From positions 63,054,001-63,118,000 of the forward strand of contig OX597814.1 in NCBI GenBank assembly GCA_951406725.2: a stretch of DNA of 64,000 nt. The letters are read 5' to 3'. The notes beneath the pieces were generated by a model, which was not told where the DNA came from, did not search any database, and saw only the letters and a program-made list of their open reading frames with translations. Source of the DNA: Octopus vulgaris. Its lineage: Eukaryota. The translations under genes were made by a program, and so were the position numbers. Below are positions 55,501 to 64,000 of the stretch, piece after piece (within the stretch, counting starts at the first letter, position 1; every line of letters starts with the position of its first letter).

Positions 55501-58500
55501 GCTCTGAAAAAAGACATAAAACGACAAAAAAAAAACAAAAACAAAAAAAAACAAGCAAACAAATACGCATCGTTACAGCATTTACGACATAATAGACAAA
55601 CGTACCAGCATCCACTTAAAATCTTTTACTGAATGTGAAGACAACAAATTTGGTTTGGTTATTTGGGACAGAAAACAAAAATCATGTTATCATTTTTAAA
55701 ATTAGTAGGAAAGAGACCGTTTCTGATGAACTGCTTAAAAACCTGAAAGACAATTACTCAGATTATGCCGATGCATTTATGAATATTGGCTCACTGGCTT
55801 ATATTATCAAATGTTCAAATAATATGTTCAAGTTGATATGATTTCCGAAGAAAAATCTTTTGCCTCTGTAAGACTGTGCAGTTTAGCATCTGACTCTTTA
55901 CTCTTACAGTAATCAAAATGAATGCCAGTAACGGAACCTTGTTTCAGCGGTAGAAACCAGTGTTTGTTTTTAAATGTATAACTAAATTTAAAGAAGTAGA
56001 AAAAGAACATAAGTATACATATATTTCCGTATATGTGAAGTGTATGTTATGAGCGTGTTCACGCAGATATATGCATGCTTGCGTACAAGCGTGGCCTTTT
56101 AAAACTCAGTGATAAATTCTTTGAGGTTATTCTTTGAGGTAGCTTATTTGGAAGAGAAGTGCCAATATAGTAGGACACGAAATATAACACAAGGTGGGGA
56201 GATTGGCTTATTTAGTTATAAAGGCTTACCATTCAGAAACATGATTCCTTTTTGCATGCAGTCACTCCTCTAAGCATTGAAGAGCTTCTGCCCCGCAAAA
56301 GTTTGAAAGCTAAGCACACTGGTACTTTGTACTTTACCAACATCTGATCACACCTATGTCACTACAAACTTTTGAAGAGGGAGGCTTGATCTAAAGAACA
56401 CTTTTATCTATGTCACTGATGTGTGGTTATTATGAAAAATTACCAAATAAATAGCCCTTTTATTTATTTGGGGTAGAGGGAAGTGTGTGATCACGACTTT
56501 CGCAGTGGCGTTCATATAATTAAAATTCCTCTTATAGCATTGCACAACAGCAACACGTACAATGGGGGAGGTAACGATAAAAAAGACTTTTGATTGAGTG
56601 TTCCTCAGAGGAGAAACCTCGAATTCAGCTAGTGTTGAAGAGCAGCGGCCATAGTATTATCAAATATAGAGACTGCATGCATGTGGGCCAAGGATTGACA
56701 TGAATTTGCGCATGATATGTTTGTGAAGATTCTAATAGGGATCGAAGGATAGGGATACTAAATATAAATAGATACCCACATTGACATCTGCACAGTTCAC
56801 AGCACACACACAAATACATTACACAAATATACATACGCACACACAAACACATACATAAATACATATATGTATACATACATACATACACACACAGAGATAT
56901 ATGTATGCAAGCATATATGAACGTGGGTGTGCAATTCGATGGATAGCCAGATGAAGAGGAGAAAGAAAATACATATAAATAAAATGATAAATGTCTTAGC
57001 AGATAGTGAGATGAATATATATGCGTATGTATCGAGAGGGAGAGAGAGAGAGAGAGGGGGAGAGAAAGAGAGTAAGAGAGGTGGGGAAGAGAAGTACAGA
57101 TAGAGGGAGAGAAACATTGTGAAGAGACATAGAGACAGATATATATTTAGATAGATTGTAGGCTCTATTGTATTGGAACTTCTCATTGCTGTCTTTACTA
57201 TATGACATTTATTTCCAGGCTTCTCACAGATATATGTTTCCCAAACTAATATAATTTATTTCGACTCCAATATTCAGCTCTTATGTAAACACAAGTTAAG
57301 AAGAAAAAAATATTTTTATACGTAAGAGAAAACCAATACGAAATGAAACATACCTATGCAAATGCATGCGTGTATTTTTGCTTTTCCATGTTTATTTAGT
57401 TCAGGAAAAATTAATAACGTACATTAAGGGACAAACACGCCACGGAACTATTTTTTCCACTTGGCGCCTGTATTGTTAACTGAATATTTTATAACCTTAG
57501 TCTCGTTGCAATATCATTTAGCGTTACTGAAAATATTTAAAAATGCCTTACTAGAAAATAGACGCTGTTAATGTACTGACAAATTCAATATTATTTTGGA
57601 ACAAATATCAACAATATCTTCTTAGTTTTGTTGATATTATTAAGATGCATCCTCAATCTAGTCATGTTGAATTTCTTGCTGATTGACTCTAACAGGGCTT
57701 TACTAAGTGTGTGGATTCATGTTTTTAACCAATTTGGCACATATTAGCATAGAATATTGCAATATACACAGTTATATGCTACCGTTTGTGTGCGCTTGTC
57801 CCTCTCTCTCTCTCCCTATATATATATATATCAAATTAAACGCAACATATATAAAACCACACACAGAGGCATCCATGCCACAGTCGTGAAAATATTACTT
57901 ATAAGTAATTCTCTGAAATACATTAACGTAAGAAATGATTTTTGTTTTTGCATAAGCCAAGACGCTTCATCTATACAAAGTAATCTCTAAGTAACTGGGT
58001 AATTAACTGATAAACACGCTTGACATGTTGGTAATAAAATTAATAGGAGCCCATAACTGATGGGCTTCATACTGTGTTCAATGGAAATTTTGAACACATA
58101 TATACTCTGTAGTATATTTTGCAATCTTCTCTTGTAGCTATCAAATTTTTGTGGTGTTAATGAGAGGCAAGTGATAGTGGATCGGCCGTCGGACAAAGTG
58201 CTTTCTGTATCAGTTACGGTTTTTTACCTTTGACTATGCTTTCGTACTTCTGGAGTCAATATAATGAAGCCACAGACATACGCATACACACCTATAAATA
58301 TATGTGCGTGACAAAATTAGCAAATGCTCCTGATGTTGGCAGTATCCCATACAAGTCTATAACAAGTATGGTGGGAAGTAATTCCGCTATAGACTTTTCC
58401 AATTCTTCAGAGAATGCTTGCAAAACAGTAGCCTCTTTTAATATATCAAGGTTGCACAGATAATCACCATTTATAACGAAAAGGTAGATGAACTGTAGAA

Positions 58501-58599
58501 ATTACTGTGGAACTTTCCTTCTGTCATATACAGGGAAAATCCTAACAAGAATAATGTTCACAAGATTACAAAAAAAATAGCCAAAATAATTCTTTCCGA

Positions 58600-59790
58600 A
58601 AGTCATAGTGAATGTCATGTATCTAGGAGCACCAACTCTATTCTTGTCATATTGCGACAAATTCACATAAATGTCTGAGAACCTATATATTCCCTTTACG
58701 TTTTATTTATTGCTTCTGAATTGTGGGAAGAAATTGTTTATGTACCCTGATCAAAAGATGCGACTCTACGGAAAAAAAATTGGGAGATAATCAAGCAGTT
58801 TCACAATAATATGTCTGCTACTCCTTGTTTGTGAGTGACAGCTCAGCGCCCTTTCTGGTTACCCATGGAGTAAACCAGGGAACGAAATTCATTCCAATGC
58901 TATTTGCATTATTTTGGAATGATTTCACATGCGGAATGTGGTCAGTGGATTATTAAAAGTATCTAGATTAAGTTGCACTAAAAATTACCACGATATGTGT
59001 ATTTGTAAAATTCATAAAATAATGTCTTGGTTGTAGAGCTCATTCACAGGGAGATATCCAAAAGAGTAAGCATCTATTGCAGCGGCATGCGCTTTTAGAC
59101 TATCCATAAATGTAAAGAAGATAGAGATCGCGTTTTAACGTAAATCTGGGGTGATGGAATACGGACCACCGACCAACTAATTGGAGTGAAAGAGTTAACG
59201 TGTTAGGGATTTACAATTTCTGATAGCAACAGCCTGCACACAGATGGAGATGGATCGCCGCATACAGTAAGCTGAAGTCGATTGTAGAAATAACATGGCA
59301 TAAACAAAATACAAAGTATAATACTGAGCAGTAGTATTATCCGAAGTAATGATTAAAGGCCTACACTAGTTGGTCGTCATATCATAAAACTGGATGAGCT
59401 GCTGTTTGTACTATTTAAGATCTATAATCAACATTTCTTAGCGAGCCTAAATATCCAAGCATGATGACTGTATTGTGCTAATTTGCATAGTGTTGAATCT
59501 GTACAGCTGGACTCGCAGTTGCGCAGGTTGAGACATGCGATCTATATCGAGGAGACTAGGATCCTCAAAGCTGTGTTCTACAGTGCGCAGAAACTCAAAA
59601 TGTTTCGAAAATGGTACCGAAAAGGATATCATCAGAAGACATGTCAGTGCAGCGGATGAGCCAGATGCCACTGAATGGCAGTAGACAGTGACTGACCAAG
59701 AAGGAATAAATCTTCCAAAGTCGAATTAAAGGGAGCAAGAAAAAGAAAAGACACACAACACTATTCCAGCAACAGTTTTCTGTAATATCT
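58600..59790 (+). mobile_element. Decayed RTE-clade LINE RT
   Basis: VTHGVNQGTKFIPMLFALF (cf. VTNGVKQGCVLAPTLF) at about 58860; QLRRLRHAIYIEETRILKAVFYS at about 59520. Confidence 0.7.
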
Positions 59791-59935
59791 GCGACCGGCT
59801 TTTTCTAGTATCTTTTAGTTATTCGTTCATATGAAACGAGCAATAAGAACAGTGTCTTCCCATGTTATCAAGTAATACTCAGTACGAGTGACCGGGATAA
59901 CGATAATGTATGAATGTATGTGTATGTGTATATAC

Positions 59936-59979
<44 letters not shown>

Positions 59980-61470
59980 TTGGACGTGTGTGCTTTTCCT
60001 GTACTCATACACAAACACATACTTTCATGCGTGTGCAGACACAACAAAGCATGTGGTTGTAGTTAAATTACTTTCCAACATTAGTACAAGACCATATATT
60101 TCTGAGATGAAAAAACAATTTGAATACACTCTAGCACTTGACTGGTATTTACTTTCGTCAAATTCTGAAAGCAAGGTTAACCTCGGCAGAATTCCAACTC
60201 AGAATGTAAAGAACAAGAAATGAATACCACAAGGCATATCCGACTCTGCCAATTCTGCCAATTCATTGTATCTGGATACAATATTTACATAATAATTCTT
60301 CGTTAATACTGAAATATCATACTTGTCACGATGTGATTATGGTTATCCAGTTTTTCTTCAATGACGCAGAATTTCTAGACAATTTGTATAGAATGTTGAA
60401 TCTGTTCTCACATATTACAAGCACTTTTTTTTAACGACATCAATTTCAAATATCGAGTAATATAAATATATTTCTAATGAAAATGTGTGATATTCATGCT
60501 GGAATGGCAGGAGGTACACGATGAGTATTTAGCAATGTGAATAATGATTGAATTCTTCATGCAACTGCTCAAATGGCTTATAGAATTGAATAATAATTAA
60601 TCGATTCTATTAGAGGTTATCAATAGTTTGAATTACCAACTCAAATTTCTACTTTCAGAGTTTTCTCTTCTGCTGAATAATAATTGATATGAGACAATAC
60701 AAATGCCATATTACAAGTACAGGAGTTTTCAATGTTATGTTGTATATGTCATATTGTATGATAAACTTTTGCTTTTTATATGATTCCTTTTTTATTATTG
60801 ATATTTGCAGACAATCAATATGAAAATGCAAAGCTATTTATCGAATGCTTGAAACTGCAAAGGCGTCAGAATTTAGTCTGCAGGAAATTTTTAAAATTAT
60901 TCTAAAATCTAAAAGACAATAATATTTATAGACAACGACCCAATCGCAAATGATAAAAGTAGCATTGCATTGAAAAACAGTGCGCAAACAAAGTGCATAA
61001 CAGCAATGAGTGAGACGGCCTGGCCTTAAAATGTTCATATATTTTCTTTCTATCATTTCAAAAATAAGCATTAATCTATAAAGGCGTTCTGTAGATACAT
61101 ATTCTTTTTTTATGAATGAGATACGCATTTTGACTTCATGATGAAAACTACCGCGTGTGGCATATAAATATTTACCTGTTATTCATTTTATCATAAAATG
61201 GCAAGATTAGCTACTAGCGACAGAAGCATACAAACTTTTGACGAATTAATGTTGGCTTATTTAGGATCAAGTGACTTAAATGCTAATGTCTCACATACTC
61301 TGCATGCGTTTAATAGCATATGTATGTGTGACTAAAATCGAACGGCAAATGAAAATTAAGGTGGACCAGTTATTAGCTTGTTGAAAATGTTGAAAATCTG
61401 TAAACAAAAATGTTACTATAAATATCACGCTTTATCTCCCTCCCTCCTCTTTCTCTCTCTCTCTCTCCCC

Positions 61471-61506
<36 letters not shown>

Positions 61507-61840
61507 GACATAACAAATGAGAGACAGAAAATGAAATATACAAGAATTTATAATTAATCACGAAAATTGTTTCCACACATTTAGCATCGGGTCCTCTTGG
61601 GTGGGACACTCAACAACTGGTTCATATAAATGTATGTCTGTATGTATGTATGTATGTATGTATGTATGTATGTATGTATGTATGTATGTATGTATGTATG
61701 TATGTATGTATGTATGTACGTACGTATGTGTATGTGCGTGTGTGTGTGTGTGTGTATATATATATACATACATAAATATTCATGTATGTATATATATACA
61801 CATATGTATGTATTATATATACATACATACACACACACAC

Positions 61841-61877
<37 letters not shown>

Positions 61878-61883
61878 AATTAA

Positions 61884-63358
61884 TAACAGGGGAACATTTC
61901 AAAAAAATTTTTAGTTGTTTTGCTTTTTGCAATTAGTCCTACCTAATTTGATGGTGTTGGGTTCAGAAAAGCCCCCAGAAAATTCTTATCACGTCAAGAT
62001 TTTTTGTTAAACAGGAATTAATTTTTTTACCAGAAAATGTCAATTTTGCCATTAAATGCAAGACTTAAATAAGAAACTAACATAAACCAAATATGTTTAA
62101 TAGATATATTACACAAAATATTTAACTAGATATCTTAGAATAGGAACGAACACTATTTTTGTTGCTGTATGAGAGTACATTGCAACATGACAGTCTCTTT
62201 GCAGTGATCAGCAGTAGACAGCACCATGTCGGTGTTATACCTGCCTTGATACCTTATCCCCATGTTCTCGATGTCTTGGTGGAATCTTTTTCCTTGCTCA
62301 TCACCATTGCCTTAGGGTTTTCAGGGAAGTAGTCCAGATGACTATGTAGGAAATGTACATTTCTACACATGTTGCAGCCCAGTGCTCGAAAACTGGTTAA
62401 CAGAGTCTGCACGAGATCGTCATAATTTGATGGATTGCAGTTTCTCAGGAAATCATATAAAACTGCAACAAAAGCATTCCATGTTTCTTTTTCAATGCCA
62501 GGCATGGTCTTCAAAAATAGCTCGTCCTGCAATAGTCACCTAATATGTAGCCCGTCAAACACTCCAACCTTATTTTTCTCACAAGACAAAGCTGGAAATT
62601 TCCTGCATAAGTATTTGAAGCAGTCACTGTCTCAGTGTTTCAACACATATTTTGCACACTCTATGGGATGCCCAAGCTTTATCTTGTCACGCACTCTCAT
62701 ACTAAAGTAAAGAAGTAAGGTTAACGTTCTTCGAAAAATCTGTGAATTTCTTAAGTGCCTAATCCAGACATAAGCAAAAGATATCGGGACTGTTTTTACA
62801 TTCCCTTCTCTCACAACTGGCCATATTTCTGAAATACAAAACATGTTCAAGCCAGTTGTCAGCTGGTAAAACATTTTCAGAATAATAAACAGTTATAAAG
62901 TAAGCAAATGAAGATTTGTGATGGCAAAGTTCCATAAAAATCATACATACCACGAAGTTCTTTCTATAGTTCTCTGAACATGCTTAACTGAAAGTGACCT
63001 TGACCCCTGTGACCTCACAATCAAAACATTAAGAGCACATTCAAAATACCAATTTTCATAAGAGACAGTTAAAAGTTCAAGAAAATATGTCTCATCTAGT
63101 TTGCAATGATAGTCACACTAAGCAAGGTGTGGGCATATCTGCAGATAAATTCCATAAATATGAGACGCATGGTGTCAAGGAATACAAAAATATGTTGTTT
63201 CTTAACATCTAATCGTATAAAGGACATTTCTGTCATCTATCCTTAGAAATGGTGACAATACCAGAAATCTTGAAAGATTTCATTTTAGAAATCAGCACCC
63301 CCGAATTAAAAGGAAACATGTTTCCAACATCAGACAACAAAAACCTTGTTCCCCAGTG
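61884..63358 (-). mobile_element. Chapaev3-like (CMC superfamily) DNA transposon, internally deleted
   Basis: Termini CACTGGGGAACA (reverse complement of 63347-63358) and AACAGGGGAACA; TAA flanks; transposase remnants inside. Confidence 0.8.
62170..62824 (-). pseudogene. Chapaev3-like transposase pseudogene
   Basis: N-terminal MASCERRECKNSPDIFC and C-terminal LGCNMCRNVHFLHSHLDYFPEN..GKRFHQDIENMGIRYQG, in broken frames. Confidence 0.8.
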
Positions 63359-64000
63359 TAATTAAGGGTACTAGCTAGCAGTACAAGCATGCTGATACAG
63401 CAGTCAAACTGACCAAACCACAAGTTATCACAAAAAAGAAAGGTGAAATCGGGCAAATGAATAAAAACCCTAAGAATCCCATCCCATAATACATATGGTG
63501 TTAAAATTTCTAATCTCCTTACTCATCTGTAAAGAGAACGTCTCTAAAACCTCTTTTACTTATAAATAACCGTTAGAGCCTTAGTTATAGTTAATACCTA
63601 ATTGGATTCACATCTCTTGTTCTTATAAGGATAAATTTGAATCTCCTAGATTCTATTCTGCTATTTCCTTTCTCAAGTTCTTTGTAAAAATTTTGCTTAT
63701 ACTTCTTGCACTGCAGAGTACATTGATATATAATTTATTAAACTAATTTAATTTAATTCAATCATGAATTTACATTATTTTCATATCTGTACGAAATGAT
63801 CGTCTCCATGAAGTAAAATTCTCATATATTTTCACTTCTCCATTTTTAACTAAATTGTTGCATTTTATGGGATTTCTTTCCATAAATTCACAACACATCA
63901 TATACATAGATAGATAGATAAATACATACATACATACATACATACATACATACATACATACATACATACATGCATACATATATACATACATGTATGTGTG

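Overview
Eukaryotic, AT-rich, extremely microsatellite-dense non-coding DNA. The SINE families and repeat landscape suggest an octopus (coleoid cephalopod) intron or intergenic region; this is an inference. I can support no host protein-coding exon, and almost all ORFs in the track are translated microsatellites. The window is a mosaic of mobile elements: a young 5'-truncated CR1-clade LINE (RT frame broken by a single stop), a full-length decayed Tc1-like transposon with DD36E spacing, a decayed Penelope-like element (RT + GIY-YIG), a Chapaev3-like deletion derivative, mariner and RTE relics, three non-autonomous Helitrons, several MITEs, a mini LTR relic with a tRNA-Ser PBS, and many tRNA-derived SINEs. 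The main signal not shown by the ORF track is a population of type I hammerhead ribozyme (HHR) motifs. About four loci are near-intact and several more are relics. They lie on both strands in short, mutually dissimilar cassettes usually bounded by (TA)n or other microsatellites. Architectures include an 85-nt stem II, a perfect 63-bp palindrome made of two head-to-head HHRs, and recurrent U4->C core variants. All structures were paired by eye and none is experimentally validated.
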